This document shows positions 1 to 14,000 of a stretch of DNA of 64,000 bases, one piece after another. The notes beneath the pieces are model-generated. The model was not told the DNA's origin. It worked only from the letters and a program-made list of their open reading frames with translations, and did not search any database. A program made the translations under genes and the position numbers. Location: positions 35,196 through 99,195 of the forward strand of contig JAPLEZ010000142.1 in the NCBI GenBank assembly GCA_026390935.1, written 5' to 3'. Positions within the stretch are counted from its first letter, which is position 1. Each line of letters opens with the position of its first letter. Origin of the DNA: Bacteroidota bacterium. GTDB lineage: Bacteria; Bacteroidota; Bacteroidia; Flavobacteriales_C; GCA-002722245.

Positions 1-3000
1 AAGGGAATTTCGTTGACAATGTAAACTCAGGATTTGTTGAAACAACGATCGGATCAATGAATCTCCAATCCAAAGAAGGCAATCCTTTTGTGTTTTGCAC
101 TTGTTTGAATTCTTTGATTTCGTTCACCAATCTTCTTTGCAATTGTGTGATGTCGTTGGCGCGTACAGAGTCACTCATGTTCACGTCGGCAGCGATCATT
201 TGTGTTGCTGTTGGAACAAACACGTTCGGACAGCTGCTCATCAGCAATTGATCCACACAACTTGTGGTATTTAATGTTGTGATGAATTCCATAGCACGTG
301 TATCGCGAGCATTTACAAAGTTGAGTAAACCATTGCTGGTGCCAGCACCTAATGTTACATTGTTGTTGATATCGCGTGAAATTTTCACTACGTTTTTAAA
401 TGAAGTCAACGGCACATTGAAGTTGTTGGTTCCACTAGTTCCACTGTATTGACCCAACACTTTTCCTCCGCAGGAATCCAATACCGTAATGATATTTCTG
501 GCTCCTGTTGGAACAGCGTTGTAATGATTCAATGCAGCATAATTTAAAGTTCCTGCAGTTTTGCTGTTAGGTTGGTAGTATTCCAAAGCACCTGCAAAAG
601 TACCTGTACCAGTGACTTTGAAGGAACCTTTGTTCCAGCACACCGGACGTTCGAAGTAGGTATACGACTCCGTCATTTCGCGCATTGTTAAGTCGATAGA
701 AGTGCCTGATCCAGGATTTCCAACAACGGTAAATGGCAAGCAAATTACCAAACCTGAATCCGTAAATTGGGGAACATTTGGTTTTGATAAGTTGCTGGTG
801 TAGTAAATACTAATGTTTGCGTAGGCAATGTTTGGATCAGTTTCTACACTTGGATTGGTAATGACACTGATTGCATATGTACCAGGGAAGTTTTTCGACA
901 ACACTACTTTTCCTAAGTTACTTGCATTTACTGTGGTTACCGGCGACAAATATCTTTTGTCGTAACGCAATGTGAAGTCCATTCCAATAATTCCATTTCT
1001 TACTGGCACTGTTGCATTGATAGGAATACAAATGTTTTTGTTAGCGCTTCCGCACACCCAGCTAACATTACCAATTTCGTATTCATAACCAATTTTTATG
1101 GTGTGTTGCGCAATACCAATTCTACCGTTTGCATCGTGAACAGTTACCTGGTAGGTAGTGTTTACATTGGGCTGAACTTTCAATGAATCAGTGCTTCCAA
1201 TCACTACTGATGAAGGTACTTGTGTCCACTCGTAAGTCAAAGGTTTAGTGAAGCAATTTCCTAATGAATCAGGAACAATTGCGTTCAATAAAATTGGTTT
1301 ACTCATGTTTTCATTGCCGCAAATTACTGTGCCACCTTTGATGTATACGGTGAACACATCCGGACAAATTTTGTAGGCAGGAGTGATAGAATCAATGTCA
1401 TCCAATTCATTGCCACAGAAAGCAAATCCTGAAGATTTGATCATGGTTTTAGAAGTAGCAACATAAATATCACAACCGCTGGCCACCTTAACATCAAACT
1501 CTAAAGTGATGATTTCATTTCGTGCACCTTGTACTACTGCGCCTGCAAAAGGAGCAACTTTAAATACAGTGTCGTTCAAACTCAACGCATACAATTCGCT
1601 GTTCAATGCTGTGCTGTTGTTTTTGATAGCAAAATCAAGAGGTTTAGCTAAAACTTTAGCGCCGTATTTTACTACAATGCTTGCAGTATCTAAGGTTAAA
1701 CCATCCGGAAAGTCAATATCGTATTTCACTTTATTCACTTCCGATCCTGTACTGGTTAAAGTGTGGATGTAATGAATTTTCGGATTGATACAACTTTCGC
1801 TAACGCTTTTAGCTGTTACATTTCCTAAGATTCCAGAAGTGATAGAGTAAGCTTTCACATCTTCTGTTGAGTAATAACACAAGTCGTTAAGATTATCAAA
1901 ATCAGTTGGCCATGCGTTGCAATCCCAACCAAATCCAACTTCAAAAGTTGCCGGATTGTTTGGATCGTTAAAGCATTTTGCTAAAGAACCTTTGATGCTT
2001 AGCGCAACAGATTTTTCCAGATTGATGGTGTTCGCTGTATAGGTGTTTTGCGGATCAATCTGATACAAAATACTAACGAAATCACCGTTTACTACTTTGT
2101 TCACTTCAGTTACTTCTTTTGGTAAAAGAGAGCTTACTAAAACCGAACTGAAAATAGTTTGATCATAAGTTAAAGTAACAAAAGGGAATTTTGCAGGAGA
2201 ACCGTTGCTGCCGTTGTTCAAGCTGAAATCCAAATTGAATTTGCTGGTGGTTACCGCTACAATTCCGGTTGAACTCAAAGTACTGGTGAGTTGATTTACC
2301 GGAGTTTCATATGGATTTCCAGGATTTTGAGAAACCATCACGTCGTATTGACTGATAGGATCCAAATCAAAGAAAGCTTTGAAACGGTATTGTTTTCCAA
2401 GTGCAGAAGTATCAGTAGGTTGAGTAGGGGTATAATCCCTGCCAGCTGGAATTTGATCGCACACCGCTTCATTGGTTACCCAAACATAATCCAATAAATG
2501 CTCGTCGATTTGTCGCATTGAATTTTTATTGGTGCCGTTGATTGCATCAATATCGGTAATTGGCGTGTAAATATTTGGAATGGACAAATGCGATAAAGTG
2601 TAATTAATTCCATCTATCACTGCAGTGGTAGATGGTGCGTTGGTAACACCAACACCAGAGTATGAACCGCCAGTATAATAAGCTGGAGCAGTTTTTCCAC
2701 CATCAGAAACTGAGCGATCAATTTTCATGAATTGATATCCTTCAGGAGTTAAAACATCTACTGCTTCAATCATTGGAGCCGGACGGAATTCGTTGGCGAA
2801 AAGTTTAGGGAAATTGTAATTTCCTATGGATGAAAAGAAGGAAAGCAAACGTCCTTTGTCGCACGATTTATCTTTTGCGTAAGTTCCAAATCCGTCTCCA
2901 TACCAGTAATCCTGCTGCACCGCAACGAGGTTGAAGATGGCTTCATAGCCCTCACAATTCAACCAAGTGTTTTTGTAAAACGGTGAAGTGAAAACTGGTT

Positions 3001-5544
3001 TAGGGATAGTTTCTATCACTTTTCCAGCTGAATCTTTTACCACTGGACCGAGTTTAGGGTCGCAGGAAAATTGCGGGAAATCACGAACATACAATGCAAT
3101 TGGAGTTGATGAGAAGTAAGGCATATTTTGGAAGCTCACTTCTTCATAAGCATCTTTTGTTTTCACATTGTATTGAATGTCCATGAAGAATTCAATTTCA
3201 ATTTCATCAGATGACTTGAAACGGAAATTTGGAGCCAGTGCGGGAGATCCGGCATCTTTGTAAGTGTTCATGGTGTTCACGTTTACTTCAAACAGGGATG
3301 TTCCAGTGTTGGCTTGTGTAAGCATTACAGCTGCCGGAACATGAAAAGTGTAATTGGTTCCACCGCTTGTGATGATTACTTTAAAAGGGAGTGATTTATC
3401 TACTTTAAAGGTGTCGTTTGGAAAGGACATGCGCAGATAAGAATATTTTAAATCGCCAATCATCTTGTCGTCAAAAATAATTCCGTTGCATTCTTCAGAA
3501 GAAGTTAAATAGTATTTGGTGTTCATTTGAACACGGTCGCCAACAATTCCAAACTTAGTACGAATGTTATTGTCGGGATTGTTATCCGTGTTTAAATTTT
3601 TTACTGCAGTGGCAGTTAAAGCACTACCATCATCAGGCAAACTATTGTCGTTGTTGTCCACCTGCCCGTAGGTCAAACGTGTCATTTTTGCAAAGCGACC
3701 AGCACCACCAGGGAACATGCAACCAGGGCACATGATATTAGCATCACGAGTGATTTTAATTGAAGGCATTACAAGCGGATTTCCGCAAGAAGCATCTGCT
3801 ACCAAATACATTTCAACGGAATAATTCGGACGCTCTTCTCTGTTCGGATCACTGCAGTTTCCAGTTAACGAATAAGCAATATCTGCAGCGTTGATGTAAT
3901 TATATAAAATCTGACTTTTCTCATCAAAATTACTTTGCGCCAGTTTTGGATACATGGCGTACAGGTCTTTCATTTTGAATTCAAACATTTTAATTTTTTT
4001 GTAATCGTATTTCGGTGTTTCATCTGTAGGGATGTTGTAGCCAACCGGTGATCCCAAAATATTTGTAGGATTCCAGTTTTTTCCATCCGGACTTCTAAAT
4101 TGCAAGTGGGGATAATATCCTCCTGCACCGGTTCCAACATAGTAATTGAGTCCACCTTCTAATTTTAAAACAACAATTAGTCGTGCGTCGTCGGCTTGGT
4201 AGTTTACTCCGTCGGAGTAGCTTGTACCTAAAAATGCATAAGTATTGTTTACAAATAAATTGTCGATTCTGCAGTTTCCGGTTTCGTTGGATTGCAGTGT
4301 TGAAACACGCTCAACATATGTGGCGGCATTATCAACATAATCACCATAACATGCCCCGCAAATCACATGATTGAAATAGAAGGTAGTGTTGGCCACGTCG
4401 GGATTCGTGAGCGGATTGGCAGTAGTGTTTTTTGCAGTAATTTTTGCAGCTGTTCCTAGTTCTGCATCACAATCGTCTTTCCCCATCCAGCTTGTACTCC
4501 AGCCGTCGTAAGAAGCAGTTGTAAAGTTTTTTAAATCAATGGTAGGTTGACAGTTGTATACTTTAAATTCAATGTAGTACATGTCATTGCCAGTAATATT
4601 TCCCAACGGAAAATATGCTCCGCTGATGGCATCAGAAAAACATCTTGTAACAGATCTTTTAACTGCTCCTCCGTATTTTGGATGCGGTACTGCTGTGATC
4701 GCCAATGGAGATCCTGTGCTTACATATTGTTTTGTAGTTGTGTTGTAAGTTGCTTTGTAAATTTTTACTGAGCTAAGTGGCACTTCTTCGGCGCCACCAG
4801 AAGAAACGCTTAAATAAAAATCTTTTACAGTTTCACCTGACGTTGGATTGTGCATTTTTGTGAAATAACTCACCTTGCGGAAACCGCTGGAAGGAGTGGG
4901 CTTTTTAGGATTGTAAGCACAAAAATCGTGACTACTTACGGCCACGTCCATTACATCAATAAATTCGCTTTTGGCTTTAGAAATTCTTTGTACCAAACGT
5001 GTGGTGCCCGATTGCCAAGCATCTTGCATTTGAAAGCAATTGCTCCCTTTGCTGTCGCATACATTTAAATCAACTGTTGATCGGCCTTTAACAATGTCAT
5101 CAATACAATCGGTTACTTTTACTCTTCTTGTAAAAATTAATCCTTTGTTGGCGCCAACGCTAATAGGTAAATTGTTTACCACTAATTGGTAAACGGTCCC
5201 TGAAACCAGACTTCCTTTTAATGTTGCATTGCCTGTAGTTTTCCATGAAAAAGTTGTTCCAGCAGGAATAGCTCCGTTTTCATAAGTGACCACTACATCT
5301 TGTAAACTAAGGGCCGATCCGTAAGTGTCGGTGTAAGAAATCACACCGCTGAAAGAAGTGTTACCCGTGTTTCTTACGGTGAAACTTTTGGTGAGATCGG
5401 TTCCTTTAAATGCGGTTAAATCTCCCGCAATAAAATCCTGAAAATTTGGAGCTGTAACAATAAGTTTCAGCTCTGCCTGTGCAGCAGCATACAGCGCTGC
5501 CAGCCAGACCATCATGAAGGTGAGTAAAATTTTTTTTGCTTTCA
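1..5544 (-). CDS. Giant T9SS-secreted surface protein, paralog B. Partial: the C-terminus runs off the left window edge
   Basis: Reverse-complement of 5544 downward reads MKAKKILLTFMMVWLAALYAAAQAELKLIVTAPNFQDF, close to the N-terminus of the 8039..14458 product. DNA similarity to 14320..14458 was seen directly. No stop occurs before the window edge, so the ORF track omits it. I did not trace every codon for frame integrity. Confidence 0.7.
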
Positions 5545-5667
5545 TTTGTTTGCGATTTAATAGAGGTTAAGTCTTTAAGTGCGCAAAACTATTCAGCAAA
5601 TGGTAGATGCCATATACCCATTTTTGGGTGATTTTACTTCGATAAAATTTTGGTGATTAGAAAGGGA

Positions 5668-6456
5668 TTACATCAATCCGTTTGTTTCGGCTAAAGCGAT
5701 CAACTGATGAACATTATTCACCCTCATTTTTTTAAGCAGATTGTTTCGGTGGTTGTAAATAGTACGTTTGCTGAGGTAAAGCTTTTGGGCTATATCTTCG
5801 GTGGAGTTGTTGTTTTTTAAAAGATGAAGGACGGATAATTCTTTTTTTGTCAGACTTTCTTTCTTGTTGAAATTATAAAAGCGCTGTGCTTTTACCACTT
5901 CAAATTTCCCTTCTTTATTTTTTTTTAAAGTAGTAAACGTGATGGCCTCATCCTGCTTAAAGTGATTGATATTATTGAGAAAAACAATAATGGTCGCCGG
6001 AATGATCCTGGCCTTTGTGTCGTGTACTATTGTGCTATTCATTATCCAGCTGTATTCGCCGTCGGGTTTTCTGTATTTCAATGTTACAGTGAATTTTATG
6101 TCGGCAACATTATGGGTTAAACAGTGCAGCGACATTTGGCGAAACATTGTCAGTAATATCTGATTGGAATGGATTTTAAAGTGATCGGGATGAACTAAGC
6201 TGGGAAGAAAATTTCCTTCCCTTCCTAATATTTCTTCTGCCGACCAGCCGATGACATCTTTATGGTTCGAACTCACGTAGAGGAGTTTTTTCTGCACAAG
6301 ATTATACACATGAAAAGCTTCCGGAATGAGCTTGAAATAGGGATTATTCAATTCATGCTGATAAGAAATTTCTGTTGGCTGCTCCTCTTGGTTGTGAAAG
6401 AAGCGCTTGTGTAATTCACTGATCGTTTGTTGTATATCTTGTTTGGAAGTTTTCAT
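5668..6456 (-). CDS. PAS-domain LuxR/GerE-family transcriptional regulator
   Basis: C-terminal LuxR-type HTH (LTKKELSVLHLLKNNNSTEDIAQKLYLSKRTIYNHRNNLLKKM). PAS-like core (GWSAEEILG...). Paralog of the next gene. Start overlaps the upstream stop by 4 nt. Confidence 0.8.
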   Translation of the reverse strand: MKTSKQDIQQTISELHKRFFHNQEEQPTEISYQHELNNPYFKLIPEAFHVYNLVQKKLLYVSSNHKDVIGWSAEEILGREGNFLPSLVHPDHFKIHSNQILLTMFRQMSLHCLTHNVADIKFTVTLKYRKPDGEYSWIMNSTIVHDTKARIIPATIIVFLNNINHFKQDEAITFTTLKKNKEGKFEVVKAQRFYNFNKKESLTKKELSVLHLLKNNNSTEDIAQKLYLSKRTIYNHRNNLLKKMRVNNVHQLIALAETNGLM

Positions 6457-7241
6457 ATCAATCCGTTAGTCTGAGAAACATGGATAAGTTGATGTACATT
6501 ATTCACCTGCATTTTTTTTAATAAACTGTTGCGATAGTTGTATACAGTGCGTTTACTGAGGTGAAGTTCTGTTGCGATTTCTTCGGTGGAGTTGTTTGTT
6601 TTTAAAAGATAAAGTACTGACAATTCTTTTTTTGTTAAGCTGACTTTGTTGTCGAAGTTGTAAAATCGTTGTGTTTTTACAACCCTAAAATTTCCTTCTT
6701 TATTTTTTTTCAAGACATTGAATGTGATGGCTTCGTCTTGCTTAAAGTGATTGATGTTGTTGAGGAAAGAAATCACTGTCATTGGAATAACCTTCATTGT
6801 GGATTTGTGAACAATAATTGTGTTTAATATCCAATCGTAATCACCATTTGATCTCCTGCATTTCACGGTAAGACTAAATTTTATTGCAGATGGATCATTG
6901 GATAAGCAATGCGCCGAAAATTGGCGAAACATGGACAATAAAATTTGGTCGTTGTACAACTTGGCGTGGTTGGGATGTATTGTGGTAAGCATGAAACCAG
7001 GGCCTCCAGCCATCATTTCTTCAGCGCTCCATCCCATTACATGTTTGTAATTCGGACTTACATATTCAAGTTTTTTAGTGATTAAATTGAAAACGTGAAA
7101 GGCCTCGGGAATGAGTTTGAAATATGGATTGTGTAATTCCTCTTGATACAAAACATCTTTATAATCATTGCCATTGTTTTTGAAAAAACGATGGTATAAA
7201 TTATCAATTGTGTTTTGGATATCTTGATTTGAGGATTTCAA
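6453..7241 (-). CDS. PAS-domain LuxR/GerE-family transcriptional regulator, paralog
   Basis: 262 aa, collinear with 5668..6456. Same PAS plus LuxR HTH layout. ATGA overlaps at both ends. Confidence 0.8.
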   Translation of the reverse strand: MKSSNQDIQNTIDNLYHRFFKNNGNDYKDVLYQEELHNPYFKLIPEAFHVFNLITKKLEYVSPNYKHVMGWSAEEMMAGGPGFMLTTIHPNHAKLYNDQILLSMFRQFSAHCLSNDPSAIKFSLTVKCRRSNGDYDWILNTIIVHKSTMKVIPMTVISFLNNINHFKQDEAITFNVLKKNKEGNFRVVKTQRFYNFDNKVSLTKKELSVLYLLKTNNSTEEIATELHLSKRTVYNYRNSLLKKMQVNNVHQLIHVSQTNGLI

Positions 7242-7912
7242 TTTGGGGTGGTTTTGTTTTTCTTTTTTATGTTCTTCCTGATCGTACTTACAGTATGCAC
7301 ACTGATCCCTAGTTTTTCTGCTATTTGATTGCTTTTATTTCCTTCTTTAATGAGTTTCATCACTTCATTTTCTCTGGGAGATAGCAATGTGTATTTTACT
7401 AAAGAAGTTGACACAGTTTCTTTTGCCAGCAATAAATGTTCGCCGTCAGGTTGAATTTTTTCAACTGTAAAAATTAAAGAATCAAATGGCGTTTCATCCG
7501 TTAAATCAGTTAAAAACAAAAGAGCTGTTTCTTCTTGTTGTGGCAGGTACATGTAACGGGTAAGGAAAATTTTTATGTCGTCACCATCGGCAAGGGGAAG
7601 ATTAATAGAAAACCGCAATTCTGTTTTTTCGTATTTATTTGAACTGTTCCAGGTAATTAATTCCTCTACTTTTTTGCTGTAGGGTTTGGCAACTAAATTT
7701 AAGATGAACTCATTTTCGAACATTATTTTTTGATAGATACTCTCACCAAGTATTTCTCTACAGTTCTTACTTACATGTAAATATTTATTTTGTTTAAAAT
7801 CATAAATGATGATTGCCGAAACAGAATGTGCAAAAATGGAAGACAGTAATCCTTCATCAATCTTATTTATGAAAGAAGATAAGACTGTATTCTTTGATAC
7901 AGATTCGTACAT
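7238..7912 (-). CDS. LuxR/GerE-family transcriptional regulator with N-terminal sensor (PAS-like) domain
   Basis: C-terminal LSPRENEVMKLIKEGNKSNQIAEKLGISVHTVSTIRKNI is a canonical LuxR HTH. Overlaps the downstream gene by 4 nt. Confidence 0.75.
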   Translation of the reverse strand: MYESVSKNTVLSSFINKIDEGLLSSIFAHSVSAIIIYDFKQNKYLHVSKNCREILGESIYQKIMFENEFILNLVAKPYSKKVEELITWNSSNKYEKTELRFSINLPLADGDDIKIFLTRYMYLPQQEETALLFLTDLTDETPFDSLIFTVEKIQPDGEHLLLAKETVSTSLVKYTLLSPRENEVMKLIKEGNKSNQIAEKLGISVHTVSTIRKNIKKKNKTTPN

Positions 7913-8038
7913 AGTTAAGTAATGTTAGGTTTTGGTGCTCAGCATAAAATTACAATAATTTATGGAAACGTAAAGGATATTAAAAAGCAAAACCCTCCAC
8001 GGGCGGGGAGGGTTTTGCACACAAGCATTTCTAGAGGT

Positions 8039-11000
8039 TTATTCAACAATAAATTTTATTGTTTTGTTTTGCTTGCTTTGAGCATCATGAATAGTACAGA
8101 AGTAAACACCTTTGCTTAGTTCTTGAGCCAAAACCGTTTGTGTTCCGACTTTTTCACTAATGAATGTTTTGTATATTGATTGACCAAGCACGTTGCTGAT
8201 TTCAATGTAATTGTGTTCATCAGCTGATGTGAAATGGTAAGTGATTTTGGATTCATTCACCACCGGAGAAGGGAAAATTTTGAGTTCGAACATTACGCCT
8301 TCGCCGAGAGGGGAGTTAACGTTGGTGGATCCTTTACCAACAATTTCCACATTCGCCCAGTCGCCATTGATCATGCCATAGCCAGTTTTCAAATCATTGA
8401 TAGTTAAGGCCTGGCCATCCAGCTTACGAACAGTGATGTAGTAGCAGGTACCTTTGGTATCCCAGGTGACAGGAGTGTAATTGGTTGACCGCAAATAATT
8501 GCTGCTGGCATCGTTGTTCCACATGAAATGGCTTTCATTGCCTGAAATACTGATGTCTTCTGTCATATCAACAATTTTCAGTGTTTGCGGGTTGTATTCC
8601 AATCCAAGGTCGAAACCGTATGCTGCTGCAGTGTCAGGAGCAAAGTAATTTACTGCGATACGGTAGTCGGTGGAGTTTAATTTTTCTGCTTTTTGCAAAT
8701 TGATGTTGAATGTGAATGGGCTCAACACTTTATCTGCGTCTTCAGTTTTAAGATGTAAGTTAGAAGTGTAATATTTACTGGTATAGTTCACCACATCGCC
8801 TAACAATATTCCTCTGAAGATTTCATTCGGACTGTCGGCGCATTGTTCCTGTATAGTAATACATTCAGGAACATTAGGCACATTGTCTCTCCAGTAACGC
8901 ACTTTTCCATCGTTGAAAGGATATTTGGTGGAGATCGTAAAATCGGGGTTGGTAGTTAGAATATCCGGATCGATGAATCTCCAGTCGAGTGATGGTTTAC
9001 CTTTTTGGTTTTGTACTTGTTTAAATTCGGTGATTTCACCAACCAATCTGCGTTGCAATTGAGTGATGTCGTTCGCCCGCACGGAGTCACTCATGTTCAC
9101 ATCGGCAGCAACCATTTGTCCGGCAGTTGGGATAAAAATACCAGGACAACTGGTGAGCACCATTTGATCAACACAGCTGTAGTTGTTCAATGTTGTGATG
9201 TATTCCATGGCTCTGGTATCGCGAGCATTTACATGATCAAGAAAGTTGAGTTTGGTGTTGTTGTTGATGTCGCGTTTGATCTGGATTACATTTTTGCTGG
9301 AGCTTACAGGAACAATAAAATTATTGGATGAATTGGTTCCTTTGTACGTGCCTAAAACTTTACCACCACAAGAATCAAGCACAGTGATTGTATTCAACGC
9401 ACCATTTGTTGTACCTATGGTGTGTGTAAGACCCTGGTAAAGTGAAATGCCTCCTGTTTTTTTGTAAGGTTGGTAATATTCAAGTGTTCCGGCAAAGGTT
9501 CCTGTGCCTGTTATTTTGAATGTGCCTTTATCCCAACAAACCGGTCGCTCAAAATAAGTGTACGACTCGTACATTTCACGCATCGTGAAATCAAAGGTAG
9601 TTCCAGCCGCTGGAGTTTTCTCTACAGTGAAAGGAACGCAGATTACCAGTCCCGAATCAACAAATTGTGGTGATCCCGGACCACTATGGCTGTTGTAGTA
9701 AATACTGATATTGGCGTGTCCGATATTTTTATCAGTTTCCACCGAAGGAGTTGTATTTACGCTGATGGCGTAAGTTCCTGGATAGCCGCCATTGAGCACT
9801 ACTTTTCCAAGATTTGAAGAAGATATTGTAATTACAGGCGATACATAACGCTTGTCATAACGGAGGGTGAAATCCATACCGATGATTCCTTTTCTTACGG
9901 GAACTAAAGCATTAATTGGCACGCAGATGTTTTTGTCTTTGCTTCCGCAAACCCACTTCACATCGGCGATGTCATATTCAAATCCTACTGAAATTGTATG
10001 TTGGTCGATGGCACTTCTTCCTGCAGCATCGTGCACCACCACTTGGTAAGTGCTATTCATTGTTGGTTTAACAATCAATGAATCGGCAGTTCCCAAAATA
10101 GTGCTTGAACCTACTTTAGTCCATTCATAAGTTAATGGATAAGTAACACAATTGCCTGGAGTATTGGGAACCACAGCTTTCAGCACAATTGGCGCGCTGG
10201 AGGCTTCATTGCCACAGATCACTGTTCCTCCAATGATGTTTACACTAAAGCTGTCGGGACAAGCTTTGTATGTTGGAACAATAGTATCCAATTCTGATAA
10301 TGTTGTTCCGCAGAAAGCAGATCCTGTAGTGAGAATAGAAGTTTTAGAAGTTGGAACATAAGTGTTGCAGCCACTGGCCACTTTTGCATCAAATTCCAAT
10401 GTGATGGTTTCATTACGTGCACCTTGCACCACTGCACCAGCAAAGGGAACTGTGCTGAATGCCGTGTCTTTCAGGTTGATGTTGTAAATGCCCTTATTGG
10501 ATGTTGTGCTATTGTCTTTAACACCATAAAATACTGGTCTGGACAGAGCGGCAGATCCGTATTTGATAACAATACTGTTGGTGTCTAAAGTCAATCCATC
10601 AGGGAAGTCAATATTATATTTTACGTTATTTACTTCTGAACCTGTGCTGGTGAGGTTATGTGTAAAATGAATTTTAGGATTGCTGCAATCGCCGCTCATA
10701 TCCGTTGAACTTACATTTCCTAAAATTCCGGAAGCGATGGAATAGGCTTTTATGTTTAGCGTATCATAGTAGCAAAGATTAGTTAAATTAGAAAAATCAT
10801 TTGGAAATGCATTACAATCCCATCCATAGCCAATAATGAATGTAGCCGGTTTTTTCGCATCATTGATGCATTGAGCTAAGCCACCCGTAATTTTTAATGC
10901 GATGCTCTTATTTATATCTAAGGTGTTTGCCATATATGTTCGCGAATCCAACGGGTTTACTCCGTATAATATGGATACTATATCGCCACTCACAGTTTTT

Positions 11001-14000
11001 TTCAATTCAGTTACTTGATTGATAAGTGATGAACTTAATGTGATGGGATTAAATTTTGTTTGATCGTATGTTATTGTAACAAATGGAAATTTTGCTGGAG
11101 AGCCATTGCTGCCATTGTTTAAGGAAAAATCGAAGTTGAACGATCTTGTGGTTACAGCTACAATTCCTGTTGAAGTAAGAGTACTGCTTAATTGATTTAC
11201 TGGTGTGGCCAGGTCGTTTCCGGAAGACCGAGAAACAATGACGTCCGAATCAGTAATTGGGTCCAAGTCGAAAAACGTTTTAAATCGGTATTGTAATCCT
11301 AAGGCTGAAGTGTCTTTTGGCTGATCAGGAGTACGAGTTCTGCCTGCAGGAATTTTGCTGCAAACAGCTTCGTAGTTAATATATACATCATCACGTATAT
11401 GTTCATCAACCTGACGCATGGCACTTGACTGTGTCCCACTGCTTACTTCAACATCTGTTACGTTGGTGTAAATTCCGGGGATATCAAGATGAAGAAGGGT
11501 GTAATTAATTCCACCGATAGTAGCTTTACTGGCTGGAAGTGATTGAATTCCGGATCCCTGATAATAGCTCATTGCATAGCCTATGGGTACAGTTTTTCCA
11601 TCATCAACTCCCCATCTTTGGATATTTGTGAATTGATATCCTTCAGGAATAAGTGCATCTACTGCTTCAATCATGGGTGCCGGTCGGAATTCATAATTAA
11701 ATAATTTTGGAAAATTGTGATTTCCTATTGATGAAAAGAAGGATAATCGTCGATATTTATTGCAAGATAAATCGCTCTGGGGAGTGTTGTATCCATCCGG
11801 ATACCAGTACTCTTGCTGAACTCGGACTAGATTAAAAATAGCTTCGTAACCTTCGCAATTCAACCAAGTGTTTTTATAATAAGGATTGGTATAGGGAGGT
11901 GTGGGAATTGTCTCAATTACATTTCCCGCAGGATCTTTTACTACCGGTCCTAAAACCGGATCACACTGAAATTGTGGGAAATCCCTAACGTATGCCGATT
12001 TAGGTGTGGAAGAAAAGTAAGGCATGTTTTGAAAACTCACTTCTTCGTAAGCACCTGTAGTCTTTGAATTTTCTGTGATATCCATGAAAAATTCAATTTC
12101 AATTTCATCATAGGATTTAAAGCGGAAGTCTGCAGGTAAATCTGGTGATGATGAATTTTTGTAAGCATTAATCGTATTGATATTAATTTCAAATGTATTG
12201 CTGGTGGATGCGCTTTGTGTCAACAACACCGAAGCAGGCACATTAAAGGTGTAGTTTATGCTATTGCTTGTAATAATCACTTTTATAGGATTGACTTTGT
12301 CCACTTTAAATGTGCTATAAGGAAAAGTCATTTCCAGATAGGAATATTTTAATTCACCAATCATTAAATCATCGAAATGATGGCCCTTGCAATCTTCATA
12401 TCCTGTGAGGTAATATTTAGTATTCATTTGAAGGCGGTCACCCACAATTCCAAAATTGGTGCGAATATTATTATCAGGATTTGCATCGTTGTTTATTGTG
12501 TTTACATCTGCATTGGTCAATAGATTTCCGTTATCTGGAATACCATTGTTGTTGTTATCTACTTTGCCGTAGTTTAGCCTTTTCATGGTGACAGATCTGC
12601 CAGCTCCGCCTGGAAATTGACAACCCGGACACATAATATTGGTATTTCGGGTGATTTTTAAAGAAGGCATTACCAGTGGATTCCCACAAGTAGCATCTGC
12701 TATTAGGTACATTTCCACTGAGTAATTTGGTTTTTCTTTTTTCTTTGGGTCGGCGCAATTCCCAGTTAATGAATAAGCGATATCTGCTGCGTTTAAGTAA
12801 TTGTAAAGTATGGTACTTTTTTGATCGAAATTACTTTGAGGAAGAGTGGGGTAAAGTTTGTATAAGGTAGTTAAATCAAATTCAAACATTTTTATTTTCT
12901 GATAGTCGTATGCCGGCAACTCATTCGTGGGGATATTATATCCTACTGCCGTTCCGTTGGTGTTTGTAGGCAGCCAATTATTCCCATCCGGATTTCTAAA
13001 TTGCATTGTAGTATAATATTTGGCATCGCTTCCGGTATAATAATCCAAACCTCCCTCTAACTTTAATACAATTACAAGTCGGGCTTTATCTGCTTGAAAG
13101 TTCACTCCGTCACCGGGACCAGCGCCTAAAAAAGCACCCTCATTGCTTACAAATAGATTATTCAATCGGCAATTTCCGGTTTCATTTTCCTTGAGAGTAG
13201 AAACACGTTCAATGTAAAGAGCATTATTGTCTACATGTTCTTCATAGCATCCGCCGCAAATCATGTCATTGGCGGGTCCAAAATAGGTGGTATTCGAAAT
13301 ATCCGGATTTCCTAAAGTATTTGTTGTAGTTTTGTTCTTAGCTGCATAGGAAGCCGGTTCCTGCATAAATCCATTACAGTCGTCTTTCCCAATCCATCTA
13401 TTGGTCCATTGGTCGTAATAATTTACAGTGAAATTCACTAAATCTATTTTAGGTGCGCAATTGTACACGTTGAATTCTACATAGTAGGCATCTGTTCCAG
13501 AGATATTTCCGATGGGGAAAAAAGCGTCGGAAACAACATTAGTAAAGCATTTCGGATTTGATTTAATAATAGCAAGCCATGGTTTTGTTGGGTCAGCAAC
13601 CGGTGTAATAGTAAGAGGGGATCCGCTGGCTTGGTATTTACCGGTAGAGGTATTTAAAACAGCTTTATAAATGCGTACATCATTAATTGGAATTTCTTCT
13701 TCACCGGCAGAGGATATTTTGATACCAAAATCTTTTACTGTTTCACCTAAAGTTGGATTGTGCATTTTAGTGAAGTAGCTCACTTTACGAACACCGCTAT
13801 TGGCCGTAGGACTTATAGGATTGTAAGCACAAAAATCATGAGCTTCAACATCGATATCAAAGACATCAATAAATTCATTTTTCGCTTTGGATATATATTG
13901 AACTAATCTAGTTCCTGTTGACCAGGCATCTGCCATCTGGATGCAATTTGCGCCATTGATATCGCAAACATTTAATTCAATAGAGGATTGTCCTTTGGAG

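Noticed and set aside
1-5544. The ORF track shows no long minus-strand ORF here. I first suspected a degraded pseudogene copy of the giant protein.
   Set aside because: The track lists only ORFs with both a start and a stop inside the window. The reverse-strand translation from 5544 is open and collinear with the 8039..14458 product at the positions I checked. I therefore call it an edge-truncated CDS.
9005-10361. Several 60-108-aa plus-strand ORFs inside the giant-protein gene
   Set aside because: They lie antisense to a well-supported 2139-aa CDS. They are typical shadow ORFs.
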